From NCBI GenBank assembly GCA_964016885.1, contig OZ024740.1:61194001-61258000 (forward strand): 64,000 bases of DNA, read 5' to 3'. Position 1 is the first letter of the stretch, and each line of letters opens with the position of its first letter. This DNA comes from Eledone cirrhosa (Eukaryota). Positions 39,595-55,289 of this stretch are shown piece by piece. A program made the position numbers and the translations under genes. Under the pieces are notes generated by a model. The model did no database searches. It was not told the origin of the DNA and worked only from the letters and a program-made list of their open reading frames with translations.

Positions 39595-40236
39595 ATAAAG
39601 TTGTAGTTCCTGTCTGTTTGTTCACGAACAGCTCCTATGATTTTAGAGATAGACCCCCATAACTATATATTCTAAAACTACATTGCCCAGGGTACTTGGA
39701 TAAGTATATTTCATTTTAATCAAAGGGTTCCCCGGGGGCACAATCCCCGCTGAAAATCTTTTCCCTTCGATTTATATGAAATTTAAACCATGGGTAAATG
39801 ACAAGATATGATTCCTATTCATAAAATTTCAGCAAATTTCAATAATATTAAGACACCCTAATGGGGTTTAAACCCCCTATTACGGTTCCCCCGGGGCAGA
39901 AACCCCCGCTGAAAATTTTTCCCTTCGATTTATATGAAATTTAAACCATAGGTAAATGACAAAATATGATGCCTATTCACAAAAGTTTTGAATTTATATT
40001 TTGAAAAAAATTATTTGCAAGAAACAAAATAAGAATAAGATTTAATAATATAATTTTGATTTGATATATTACAAAAAATACTGTTTTCCAATTTTTCATG
40101 CATTACATTTTACACTGAGTAATATAGAAATGCTGAGTTTTTCTCCATAAATTATATTACTGATTTAAAATCAATCATCATTTTCTTACAAAAAAAAAAA
40201 AATGTGTGAAGCGCAGCAAGGCGCGGGTAATTCGGG

Positions 40237-40240
<4 letters not shown>
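39595..40240 (+). mobile_element. Non-autonomous Helitron-like element
   Basis: 5' ATATATAAAG..GTCTGTTTG, internal direct repeat 39725-39830/39884-39985, 3' GCGCAGCAAGGCGCGGG...GTAG|T. Confidence 0.55.
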
Positions 40241-40310
<70 letters not shown>

Positions 40311-41422
40311 CATTGAAAAAGTGGAGAATAACATGGTCAACAGTACAAAAAAGGGAATTTATTTATAGTCTAACAATTGTTTCACTGATAGAGTTGTCTA
40401 AAAATTGCTAAACACTGAAAGTAGTGCAACTCAATTTAAAATACATGTTATCTCTATCAAATCTTCAGCGACTGTCAAAACATATATGCAACCGTCAAAT
40501 TTACAAATTCAAATTACAACATCAATAATAATATTAATAATAAAGATATAGAGAGAAAAGAGGAAGGGGAGAAAGATATAGTAAAGAGAGAATGGAAAGG
40601 AAGAAGAAAGAAGAAGGAAAAAGATATAATAAAGAGAGAATGGAAAGGAAGAAGAAAGAAGAAGAAATATATATATATATATATATATACAGATATACAG
40701 GGAGGGAGAGAGAGAGAGAGTGTACATGTGTCTGATGACACAGATATTCTGCATTAACTTCCATAATAGTCGAGTCAAATTTTCAGTAAATAGACCTTCA
40801 TTTGGAAGAAAGTCTCATAAAGCTAGGGCAATAAATCTGACCTCCAAATTATGTGAAAACGGATTTGACGTCACGCAAAAACAATTCCTTTTTCAGAAAA
40901 TGGAAAAATGTGGCTGCTTTTTCTAGCATATCGAGCTACCATGTAGCTGTTGAAATGTTACTGTAGCTGCCCACTTTCCGAAAAATATGTCTACATTTCG
41001 AAAAACGGAAAGCTTAAGTTAGGTTTAGAGTTAGGGTTAGAGTTAGGGTTAGGGAATACCATGAAAGAAAACTAATTTTTTTTCAAAGAAAACTCCATGG
41101 GAGGGGAAAAGTCCGAGGGTCCGTATTCTGTGGAAAAAATGATTTGCAGCATAATATTCATTTATAGCTCGTGAAGAAACTGAGGAAAAATAATTATTTC
41201 CAACAAAAATCGATGAAGTGTTCTAAGAATTTACTATATTTTTATCATAATTTTCTATTTCAAAATTATTATGGTTGTTGATCTCACAGAATTTGTTATG
41301 CCATTAATATTAGAATCACTAATCACAATAAGTATTAAGAAAATATATCAAGTTTTGAATAACATTTTATTATTTTCTTTAACTCGGGCAATGCGGGGTA
41401 CTTCGGCTAATATATGTATATG

Positions 41423-43293
<1,871 letters not shown>

Positions 43294-43918
43294 TTAGGGT
43301 AAACATTGATGCAATTCAATTCAAGCACTCAACGTACTTATTCCACATAGGAGTGACGGAGTAAATATCGAATAAGGAAAAGCGAAGTAGTTTCAGATGT
43401 TCAAGTCTTTTAATAATAATGCTGTGATATATATTTCAATGGCGACAGTGCCCACACTGTTCTGTGTGCCAGTGTCGCGACATCGTCAGACAGCTTGTTA
43501 CATAATAAGGTTATGTTTCCGAGGCAATCCAAATTGAATCGACATGGGAACGGACGAAGTGTGTGCTTTTGGGTTCTTCATCCGTTCCCCTGTGACTGCC
43601 AATTCACCCCCACCGGTCTGCGCAGGCGCAGGTCCAGAGGAAATTGACCATTAGCTACCGCAGATTTCAACGAAATTCGCTTAGTTAGTTCCCCCTCTCA
43701 GCCAAAACAATGACCCATTCAGGCCTGTACCATAGTTTATTGCTACCCATCCCGTCTATATATATATATATATATATATATTTATTAAAATAACAGATTA
43801 AAGTTTAAGCAAAGAATTGCTGCTTTCACCCTTAACGGGATCTTCTGAAATATATATTTGATATATATTTATCCTTATCGAGCCCTCTTTGGATTTTAGT
43901 CTTCACATTTATTATTAT

Positions 43919-43959
<41 letters not shown>

Positions 43960-44613
43960 TGAAAAATGGCGTGCTGTGTTGTTGCATATGTGATATACAA
44001 ATTAAAATGAAGAATTAGAAATAGAAGCCAGGACTATCCATCATCAGTGGTCTACTAGATTCATAGATATTTCTTCGCATTAAAGACCAGATACCTCAGG
44101 CTAGCGCGAACAATAACTAAAATAAGTTATTGGGATAAAAAGAATTGGGTGGAGAAAGAGAGACAGGTAAACAAACACGAATGGTGAGGCAACGTAAGGA
44201 GAGGAAAAAATGAGAAAATGAAGTCAATGATTCATTTGAACATAAGAACTTGCGAATATTGACGAGAAGACGAAAGACACGTCTTAACCATGCGAAAGTA
44301 AGCGAGGAAAGAATTTTGCATGGTGTGGGACGATGGGGGAAGTGAGAGAGTGGGTGAGTAGCAGAGAGTTAGTGAGTGAAAGTGTGAGGAAGAAGCTAGC
44401 CGAGAGAGGGTGACTAGCATAGGGGGTGAATGAAAGTAAGAGGGAGAAGGAGAGAGAAGGGGAGAGAGAAAGAGGATAACAGTAAGGGAAGAGAAAAAGA
44501 GAGGTCACAGCAAAGGGGAAAGCATATAGGAATGAAATATGGCGAGCTATGTTGTTGCAAATGTGATATACAAATTAAAATGAAGAATTATATATATATA
44601 TATATATATATAT

Positions 44614-45147
44614 AAACGGAAAAAATGAAACGAAATTTCATTTCTCATTCTTAGTATGGCTGTTACTTAAATATAAGTATGTATACGTACATACATATAT
44701 GTATAGAGACGTACAGTAGTATGTATATATATATATACATACATGCACACATATATATATGTACGTATGGATTCACCGAACATTTATTATAATGCTCGGT
44801 GTGTTTGTAAACAAACTTCCCGTATTAAGCCGTAGTGTCTAGCAACCATCGTTGCTCATTTGTTCAACACTGACAAAGGAACGCTGTACTAGTTTCAAGC
44901 TTATTAGCTATCGTCAGCAACGCATACCTTCCCGCCAGATGATTGAACGTCTGAAAGTATATACTTTCCTTATGCATATTAACGGCTGAGCAGCCTAATT
45001 TGCATATCGAGTGAGTTAATCGGCCGAGTTACCGGAAGCGATAAACGGAAAAAATGAAACGAAATTTCATTTCTCACTCTGTATGTATATATATATACAT
45101 ACTACTGTACGTCTGTATACATATATGTATGTGCGTATACATACTTA

Positions 45148-45150
<3 letters not shown>
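44614..45150 (-). mobile_element. HHR-bearing element, family A, partial tandem (period ~429 bp)
   Basis: AAACGGAAAAAATGAAACGAAATTTC occurs at 44614 and 45043; (TA)n flanks. Confidence 0.75.
44881..44922 (-). ncRNA. Minimal hammerhead ribozyme (family A)
   Basis: Same motif as 315-357. Confidence 0.8.
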
Positions 45151-45205
<55 letters not shown>

Positions 45206-45448
45206 CACCCCCCCCCCCCCACATATATATATATATATATATATATATCTGTATTTATCGTTGTTGTGGTATATGTATGGCCACGGCCTTTGGTTTATTT
45301 TATCTTGATGTCACACCTTTTAACTGTTGTGTTTACTCTAGACGGTATTGTATTAACACCACTCTATTGAGCGCTTTGTGATTGCCTCAAACAACTCTAT
45401 TAGTACCTGCTATATGGCAGCTACAACTTCAATTCATACCTCATATAA

Positions 45449-45852
45449 TATCATCATCATCATCATCATCATCATCATCGATTAACATCTATCTTCCACG
45501 CTAGCATGTGTTAGACGGGTTTGTCCTATTTAGAGGAAAGTTGGGTTGGGTAACCATGTCTCACTCAGATAGGAGAGTTTCTGGCTGGTTTTCTACAGCT
45601 AGATGACCTTCCTAACACCAACCACATTGACAGTGTATGCTGCATGCTTTTTACCATGTCCTTTACACGTCCACTTTACAGTGTGTGGTGGGTGCTTTTT
45701 ACCATGTCCTTTACACGTCCACTTTACAGTGTGTGGTGGGTGCTTTTTACCATGTCCTTTACACGTCCACTTTACAGTGTGTGGTGGGTGCTTTTTATCG
45801 TGACACCTACACGATCCCTTTACATTGTGGGCTGGATGTTTTGTGGTACCGG
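45449..45852 (-). mobile_element. RTE 3' UTR fragment with (CAT)n tail and internal 48-bp tandem repeat (about 3 copies)
   Basis: Unit TGCTTTTTACCATGTCCTTTACACGTCCACTTTACAGTGTGTGGTGGG. Confidence 0.8.
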
Positions 45853-45856
45853 CATA

Positions 45857-45931
<75 letters not shown>

Positions 45932-46224
45932 CAAAATTAAGATAAATTAAATGAATTTAATCTAAATCGAAATTGTGGGTGTCATGCCATAACGGCGTGC
46001 GCCACATCGCCTGGAAATATATATATATATATATATACATGCACATATCATGGTAATGATATACACATATATATATATATATTTGCATGCCTATATAATA
46101 TACCATATATATGCAATATACATAAACATATCATACATATACATACACACTTCATATAGAAATATCATTAACCTCGTCGATTAGCGTATATGCATATTTA
46201 CATGAATAAAATATATAAATATGT

Positions 46225-46585
46225 CTTCTTCTTCACCAACTTATTCCTGAGATGGTTGTGAAGACAGAGTCATCAAACACTCCTTCCAGCGGGTCCTGTC
46301 AGACGCGACTGTTTCCAACAGATCCGGCTGCATCCCCAAGCGAAACCAGCCGAGCTCATGGATGTTATCCAACAATCTTGCTCGTGGCCTACCACTGGGT
46401 CTCCTGCTGTTTGGTTTTGCTCATAAAATCCGTCCAGCAATTCTTTCCTGAAACATTCTAAACACATGCCCATAGTACTAGAGCTGTGACCGCTCAACTT
46501 GGAAAAGTAGCGGCTCTATCCGGAGCGACTTTATGATCTCCAAGCTATGCACTCTATCAAGTAATATTACTCCAAAGACCCTTCA
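46225..46585 (-). mobile_element. RTE 3' fragment homologous to 29350-29700
   Basis: Reverse-complement similarity, including the GRPRAR..DNIHE region. Confidence 0.75.
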
Positions 46586-47184
46586 GCACGGGTTAGATTC
46601 CCAAAGCAGATGTTATATTGTGTCAAGATGCTTCATTTCTGTTTTAGTTGGAAATGACAAAATTGTTGTTTCAAATTTAGATCAGACCAAAGAAACTATG
46701 TTTCCATTAATCTTTCCATTGCTGATAATATTTGTCTGTTGCAACTTCTGGCAGAAGTATCAATAACTTTTAGGTGATGGGAGGCCATATTTGAAGTCAG
46801 AACATACAGAATTAATAAACATAGCCCAAATTATCCTATCTGATTCTTTAACAATTCCACTAATCCATCACCTCTGAATTCGTATTTTAATTATCAACCC
46901 TGAAAGGATGAAATGCAAAGTTCACCTCTGCAGGATTTCAATTCAGAACGTAAAGGGCCAGAACAAATATCAAGGCATTTAATCCAATGCATTAATGATT
47001 TGCTGCCAAGCGCATGCCTCCCCCCCCCCCCATTTGATTATAATAGTAAGCGATGGGGAGAGCGCGAGAGATGGTGGCAGTGGCAACGGGAATTTGATTC
47101 TATGTTCAGTTCTTGTTAGGAATTTTTTGTTTCAGTGTGTATATGGACACATTCACAAAAAGACTTCTTGAGATTAGTGTTGTG

Positions 47185-47988
47185 GAAGGAGTATGTGGAT
47201 GCTGGATTCTCTCCTCCCAAAGTGCATGGTGGTACACTTGTCCACAACCAGCTTGAGTTGCCAGTCCATGATCCATTGCTGCATTATGTCCAGGTCTGAT
47301 TGCAGGAAAGATCTACAGTGTTCAGGATCTGTCCTTTTTATCTCAAGGTACAGCTTGATGTCACTGTGGCATTCTTTAAGTTGGCATCTATGTCATTAAT
47401 ATATGGTGATCTTTTTAACTGGTTGAAGTCCTTCATTCTCAGTCGAAGAGAGGTAGTCACAATTCTAGGACAGCATTCTTCACCCTATGAGATGATATCT
47501 AGTGTACTGCAGGGATCTGTTCTTGGTCCCCTATTGTTTGTTGCATATATTAATGACATAGATGCCAACTTGAAAAATGTCACATTGCTGAAATATGCAG
47601 ATGACATCAAACTGTACCTTGAGATAAAAAAGACAGCTCCTGTATACTGTAAACCTTTCCTGCAATCAGACCTGAACACAATGCAGCAATGGATCACAGA
47701 CTGACAACTCAAGATGGCTGTGGACAAGTGTACCATCATGCATTTTGAGAGGAAAACAAACCAGCGTTCACATACTCCCTCCGCAACACCAATCTCAATA
47801 TCAAGAAGGCCGAAGTGTCTTGGCATCACTCAGTAAAACATTTGTCAGCTGCTGTCCAATTATCTATTTAAAGCTGTATATAGCTATAGTGCGTCCACAC
47901 TTAGAATTTGCATCACCTGTCTGGAACCCCCATCTTGCTCAGAATACTGACCTCCTGGAAACTGTTCAGAGATGTGTAACCAAGCGAA
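47185..47988 (+). mobile_element. CR1/L2-type RT fragment with inverted internal duplicate
   Basis: QGSVLGPLLFVAYIND, YADDIKLY, VRPHLEFASPVWNPH. 47200-47400 is an inverted copy of ~47545-47780. Confidence 0.85.
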
Positions 47989-48087
47989 TATATATGTATG
48001 TAAAAGGTAAACAGAAATAACAACACACTCAGTACAGTATATTGAAGGAATATATTAGGTTAATGCTTGAAATAGCAGGAAGAGGGC

Positions 48088-48121
48088 CTTAACGTTTCGG
48101 ACTCTAGTCCTTCACCAAAAG
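48088..48121 (-). ncRNA. Degenerate hammerhead motif (family J, core TTGGTGA)
   Basis: Minus strand reads TTGGTGA A GGAC taga GTCC GAAA CG TT AAG; core mutations probably inactivate it. Confidence 0.5.
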
Positions 48122-51100
48122 AAAGAATGAGAAATTAGAAAAATTAAAGAGACAGGCGGGGCAGAATCGGTAAAAAAAATTTTTGAGAAAAATAACAGGT
48201 CCATTCATGTTGCCATCTTTTGGAAAACTTTTGAATACCGGCGTTTTGTGTATGATATATTTTTTTAGAAAAGTGGATGATGGAACGCGTCTATCTGAAA
48301 CGGAAAAAAAAAGTTTTGTATATAGAACTATAGGTGTGCGCGTGCGTATGCGCGTGTGTGTATCTGTTATACGTCCGTACGAAGCTAAGAGGATATGTGT
48401 GTGTATATGTAAGTAAAAGAGTGTGTGTGTGCTTGTAAGTACGAAACTGTGAGCAAAAGTATGTTAATATAAGGGTGTGTATGTGTGTGTGTATACAGAG
48501 CTGTGAAGGGAAAAGTAGAGGTGTTTGTGCGTATTTTGTTGGTCTGTATCAGCTGTAAGAGTATATGTGACCATAAGAATCTAAGGGTGAATGCACAAGC
48601 ACGTGTGTGATAATGTGACGGAGCCAAAGGTAGAGAAGTAAGCACGAATGTATATGTGTAATATTAAAGAAATTGGGAAATAGAGTTGAGTCCATGAGGG
48701 ATACTGGACCCAAGGTGGTAAATCAGACTCTGTTCAGTCCTAGTGCACCGGGCTTGTACATTCAATATGCCCAATCTCAAATCTTTTCTCCGCCAGCTCC
48801 ATTCTACTCTCAAGCGCTTCCTCCAACCTCTCCCCCCTATATGCATCCAATCCTCCTTGCATCTCTCCAACCTCATCTTCACCAAAACACGATACAACAG
48901 TCACATCACATTTTTAAATCGCTGTCTCCACCACCACCTCATTCCCCGCGGTTTCCGCCTCAAGTTTCACCCCACTTCTTACTCTGCTCCCAACACTGAG
49001 CCCATCCTTACCAGTTCCTCTCGCCAGCTCATGCGGGCGACCATTCGATCAACTCTCGCCCAAATCCGTTCTCTCGACCGAGATCTCCCCAAGGCCAACC
49101 CCCATCTCTCCTCCACTTGCCACCCTTTCCTCGCCCAATCCCTTATCTAATTCATCCTTTACCTCAATCGCCTCCATTTCAATTTCCTCACTTCCGCAAA
49201 AAACCATAAACTCGACTCTCTCCGCTCCCCGCCTGCCGTCACCACCCATACTCATATCACCTCCAACCCTAACCCCTCTATCCCGTCACCTACCACTGAA
49301 TCTACACACGCTTTGCCCAACCACCTTCTTCCTCCGCCTCCACCTCTTTCAGTCCCTCACGTCCCTGCACTGTAGTCACCATACCCCAGGACCTACCACT
49401 CTCCGAAGCTGAGCGCTCCTTCCTCGCCAGTGGTTTGCGTTTTATACCTACCATATCTACCTGCGACGAGTTCCGCACACGTGCCGAGATTGAAGGGTTC
49501 TTCCGTCGTTTAAAGCTGAAAGCTTTTTTTCACGACACGCCATCATCGACACAGACGGATGACTTCACTCGTCTCAGTCGCCGGTAATCACATTGGACGC
49601 CGAACTCTGGTCAGTTCAGCACCCTCGACTCCTTTGTCGATACTTGCCGGCGTACTGTCAATCGGTTCCGTTTGCCCCAGCATTCTCGCCGCTCTAACAT
49701 CACGCGAACTGAGCTCTCCGCTCTTCGCAACCTTCGGTGTCGCGATGACATTGTCATCAAGCCTGCTGACAAAGGTGGCACTGTGGTGGTTTGGAGCGCT
49801 GACCTCTATAGGGCTGATGCTCTCCGCCAGCTTCACAATACCCTTTTTTACCGCCCTTTATCCTCCGACCCCACTCCTGGCTACCAACAACTCGTGTCCT
49901 CCACCATCCACGAGCTCATCTCCTCCTCTCACCTACCCCCACAGCCACCAACCTTATTGTACATACCCCTCGCACACCCACCATCTACTTCCTCCCCCAA
50001 ATACACAAACAAAATAATCCTGGCCGTCCTATCGTTTCTGCGTGCAACTGCCCCACCGAGATCATTTCTGAATATTTAGACACCATCCTCGCCCCGTTGG
50101 TCGGCAATCGGCAATATCCCCTCCCACATCCACGATACAAATCATGCCCTTAGACTTTTAAACTCTTTCTCCTTCCCTCCTGGTCCCTTTTGCCTTCTCT
50201 TTACCCTGGACATCACCTCTCTCTATACCGTCATCCCTCACGATGACGGCCTCCGCGCTCTCCAGCATTTTTTTAGATTTACGCCCTACCCCTTACCCCA
50301 GCACTACCACTCTTCTCCGTTTGGCTGAGCTTGTTCTCATCCTTAATGGATTTTCTTTTTCGGGTGGATTTTACCAGCAAGTCTCTGGGGTAGTGATGGG
50401 AACCAGAATGGGTCCAAACTATGCCAACTTGTTTGTTGGCCACGTCGAAGCCCAGATCTTCTCCCAGTATGCTGGACCGACTCCTGAGCTATACGGTCGT
50501 TATATCGACGACTGTATCGGCGCCACCTCTCTATCACGAGAACAGCTCGACTGTTTTCTTTCTTTTGTCCAATCTTTCCACCCTGCTCTCAATTTCACCG
50601 CCTCCGTCCCCGATTCTTCTGTCGCTTATCTAGATATCTCTCTATCTATTAATCACTCTCACCCCAGCCTCTCTACTTCCATCTACATTAAACCAAAGAC
50701 TCCCAATCTTATCTCGACTTCACCTCCTCCCATCCAACCCACACCAAACACTCCATAGCCTATTCCCAATTCCTCCGCCTTCTTCGACTCTGTAGCCAGG
50801 ACGACGATTTCGAGACCCATTCCCTTCGCATGGCTTCCTGTTTCATCCAGCGTGGATATCCTGCCACTTTGATCCAAGCTGCTCTCACCCACGCCCGTGA
50901 AACAGACCACACCACAGCCCTCTCACCTCACCCCACCCTCCCAACACCCGTGTTCCTTTCCCCTCTCACCTACCACCCCACCACCCTATCACTCCGGCGA
51001 CATATACTCCGTTCCTTCCGTATCCTCTCTTCTTACTCCGTCATTTCTCGCTTTTTTCCAAACCCACCCATTACTGCTTTTAAGCGCGCCCGAAACCTAC

Positions 51101-51676
51101 GCGAGCTCCTGGTTCGCAGTTCTTTTTCGTCCTCTCCCACGACTCCACCCGGCTCTCATCCTTGTTCCCGTTTCCGCTGCAACACTTGTCCCTTTATTTC
51201 CACCCTCACCACTCTTACAGGCCCTAAGGGGTCTTTTCGTATCCGCCTTTCCTTCACCTGCACATCCACCCACGTTGTCTATGCCTTCCGGTGTTCCCTT
51301 TGCGGGTCTTTGTATATCGGACAAATGGGACGCCGTGTGGCGGACCGTTTTGCCGAACATTTGAGGGACATACAACTCGGTTTGGATACTCCTGTCGCCC
51401 GTCATTTCTGTTCTCCTGGTCATTCTTCCCTACATGTTTCAGTCCTGGGTGTCCTTTTACATCGGATCACAGACCTCCCGCACCAGGACTGAATAAAGTC
51501 TGATTCACCGTCTTGAGTCCTATTCACCTCTTGGACTCAACTCACCTCCCCAATTTCTCTAATACCCCGTCCATTCCTATCGCTTTCTCTTTGCTCATAG
51601 CTTCGTACTTACATGCACACACACTCTTTTACTCACATATACACACACATTTCTTCTTAGCTTCGTACGGACCTAT

Positions 51677-51754
<78 letters not shown>

Positions 51755-51969
51755 ATGCTTACGCACGTGCTCAAGTATAACTCTTTTTACAAAATGTTTT
51801 TTTTTCCATTTCAGGTAGACGCGCGCCATCATCCACTTTTCTAAAAAACATCATACACCAACAGTTTTGCAAGAGATGTCAATATGAATGGACCTATTAA
51901 TTTTATCTAAAGACATTTTTACCAGTTCCATCCCGCCCGTCCCCTTAATCTATTTTATTTCTCATTCTT

Positions 51970-52005
51970 TCTTCTGATGAAGGACTAGCGTCCGAAACGT
52001 TAAGA
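51970..52005 (+). ncRNA. Minimal hammerhead ribozyme in PLE pLTR (family J)
   Basis: TCTT CTGATGA A GGAC tagc GTCC GAAA CG TT AAGA. Confidence 0.85.
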
Positions 52006-52088
52006 CTGCCATATCAAGCGTTAACCTAATATATACCTTCCATATATTGTACCGATTGTGTTGTTATTTCTGTTTACCGTTTACATCC

Positions 52089-52130
<42 letters not shown>

Positions 52131-52143
52131 GTGCGTGCGCGCA

Positions 52144-52177
<34 letters not shown>

Positions 52178-52864
52178 CGTGCGTGTGTGTGTGTGCGTGT
52201 GTGCGCGTGTGCGTGCGTGTGTGTGTGTGTGTATATCAAAGTTTAAAGCAAAGAATTTCTGCTATGTGACTATGTCACTTCTTTTGTAACCTTTAAACTA
52301 AACCCTAAACATTACCCCAACCCTAAAACTAAACCCTAAACATTACCCCAACCCTAAAACTAAACTCTAAACTTTTGCAAACATTTACGAGGTCAGATTA
52401 GTTGATAGCACAGGAAAGATACCGAAAATAATTACGTCCCACGTCCCCTCTCCTTTTTCTTCAAAGCTAGTTATTTTTGACTGGTTTGGAAGCCTTATTT
52501 ATTGATAACGCATACAAATAAAATCATAGAGAAAATTCCAACTATGCAGGGGTAATCCGGGGGAGGGGGAAACCACCTCACCTCCTCCGTTTTCCTTGGG
52601 GAAAAAAGTCAGTTTCAAGCATCTTGGATGTCGGATTAGTTGATAACAGATGAAAAAATTTATTCCCAGCAAAATAGAAGGGGGTGTTGTATAATATAAG
52701 CCACACCAAAAGACACTCTATCATGCCAGACAACTCCTTATATTAACTTTATCTCCTCAGCGCTTTACAAAAGTCCGAGAGATAGGCTACCTATACGTTT
52801 GTCTAATTTTGGGGGTATTTGCATGAAAGAGAAAAAGAAGACAGAGAAAATGATGAAGACAAAG

Positions 52865-53400
52865 ACCACACCATATGTTACCACACCAACTGGACCACAC
52901 GACACCACACCAACTGTACCACACAACACCACACCAACTGCACCACACGACACCACACCAACTGTACCACACGACACCACACCAACTGTACGACACGACA
53001 CAGCACCACACCAATTATACCACACCACACAGAAGAAGACAACACCACATGTACCACACCAACTGTACCACACGAGACAGCACCACACCAATTATACCAC
53101 ACCACACACAAGAAGATAAAGAAGACCATGCCACTTGTACCACACCAACTGTACCACATGATACAACACCACACCAATTATACCACACTACATGTATCAC
53201 ACCAACTGTAACACATGACACAACACCACACCAATTATACCACACTACATGTACCACACCAACTGTACCACATGACACGACACCACACAGAAGAAAATGA
53301 TGAAGACCACATTACAGCAACTTTACCACATGGCATCACACGAACTGTACCATACTGCATCACACTGTACTACACTGCAACATACAACACTGTACTACAG
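52865..53400. repeat. ~24-bp CA-rich minisatellite (CACCACACCAACTGTACCACACGA)
   Basis: Degenerate tandem units. Confidence 0.85.
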
Positions 53401-53468
53401 TACAATGGACCACACTTACATCAGCCTTACATTAATGACCTAAGATATAATTTCAGTTCAGTCTTAAA

Positions 53469-53778
53469 ATAATTGTTTCTACTTTTAGCACAAGGCCAAC
53501 AATTACCCCAGTGTATTACTGGTACTTTATTTTATCGACCCCGTAAGGATGAAAGGCAAAGTTAACCTCGGCGGGATTTGAACTTAGACCGTAAAGGGCC
53601 GTAACTCTATGCTGCAAAGCATGGTGTCTGACTCTCTACATATACTGCCTGCCAATCCACCGCCCATTTCAGTTCAGTCTTAAATTAATTGTTTCTACTT
53701 TTGGCACAAAGCCAGCAATTACCCAGTGCATTACTGGTACTTTATTTTATCGACCTCGTAAGGATGAAAGGCAAAGTT
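53469..53778 (-). mobile_element. tRNA-derived SINE plus partial tandem copy
   Basis: Family core present; the flank TTCAGTCTTAAA is repeated three times. Confidence 0.85.
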
Positions 53779-53993
53779 CAGTCTTAAATTAATGCCATAT
53801 AGATATGCTCTCAGTGCAGTTTTAAACTGACATATAGATATAGCTACACCTGTCGTAAAATAATTGAGAAAACTAACAAAAACATAAATACTCTGTGACT
53901 TATATACGCTGAAATGCCCTGGGTGAGCTTAACAAGGGTCAATCCGCCCAACCCATGAATAATCGACGAGGTTAAGGATATATTTATGTGTAT

Positions 53994-54097
<104 letters not shown>

Positions 54098-54200
54098 GTG
54101 CGTATGTATATGTATGATATGTGTATGCATATTACATGTATGGTATATGTATGCACGTGCAATTATATATATATGTGTATATAATTATGATGTGTACATG

Positions 54201-54259
<59 letters not shown>

Positions 54260-54269
54260 GTATATTATA

Positions 54270-54457
54270 CTGGTACCACAAAACATCCAGCCCACACTGT
54301 AAAGTGATCATGTAGGTGTCATCCAGCCATAGAAAACCAGCCAGAAACTCTCCTGTATGAGCGAGACACGGTCACCCGACCCAACTTGCCTCTGAATGGG
54401 ACAAACCTGTCTAACACATACTAGTGTAGATGATAGACATTAATCAATGATGATGAT
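54270..54457 (+). mobile_element. RTE 3' UTR fragment
   Basis: CATCCAGCC.TAGAAAACC... followed by a GAT tail. Confidence 0.75.
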
Positions 54458-55289
54458 ATATATATATATATATATAAGCACACCACTCTTTATATTAACC
54501 TTATCTCCTCAGCACTTCTTGAAAGTCTGAGAGATCAGCTATATATTTGTTTAGTAAAGCACTGGAATGTCTCATCATCATTGTCATCATATTATATCCA
54601 CCTATCATGCTAGTATCAGTCAGATGAGTTATCATAGTCCATGACTAGATGGGTTGCGGAGCTTCATCTTGCACATGTGTTCCATGTTTAGTATGGTTTC
54701 AATAGCATGGTTTCAATAGCTGGATGCCCTTCCTAATACCCTTACAGAGTGTAAAAGGCGCAATTTATCATGATACAGCTACTACCAATTTACAAAATTG
54801 TACAGGGTGCATTTTATTGTGACATGAGCACAAGAGAGTTTTGTCCTCTCTACGCCATATTATCTCTATTCAATTTTCAACCACTTTATAGAATGTATTG
54901 GGTGAAATTTATCATGGTACCGGCACTGGAGCTGTTGTATGTCTGGCCAGACTGAAGAGTTTTCTCTACACCATATTGTTTCCATTCAATTGCCAACCAG
55001 GTTATTTTATCATGGTACCTTCAACCACTTTACATAGTGTACTGGGTGCGTTTTATGTCGTTATGTGGTAGTGTCTTAAGCAAGTGTCTTCTAGTGTAAA
55101 CCCTAGATAACTAATGCCTTATTGAGAGTGTTGTGAAGTTTGAAAATGATGGGATGTTGTGAGGTTGTGTTGTGATGTAGCATTGTGAGGCTGTGTTGTG
55201 AATTGATAAATATCAGTTTTGTTCATGTTGTTGTGAGGTTGCGTTGTGAATTGAATGTGATAAATTTTAGGTTGCTGTTAGATTGCTCA

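Larger units (their letters stand above)
47998..52087 (+). mobile_element. Neptune-like Penelope element, degenerate, with inverted 5' pLTR
   Basis: IVIKPADKGG..VVW, QVSGVVMGTRMGPNYANLFVG, RYIDD, C..RCNTC, VVYAFRC..C..LYIGQ..R..DRFAEH. 47998-48747 is an inverted homologue of 51480-52087. Confidence 0.92.

Noticed and set aside
41018-41054. Interstitial telomere (TTAGGG)n; similar AACCCTA tract at 52295-52370
   Set aside because: Only a few degenerate units, more likely internal to a dispersed repeat.
41271-41452. N-terminal extension of the 511-aa ORF as a host-TE fusion gene
   Set aside because: Chance read-through of AT-rich flank, a Helitron-like end and (TA)n; RT similarity begins at ~41453.
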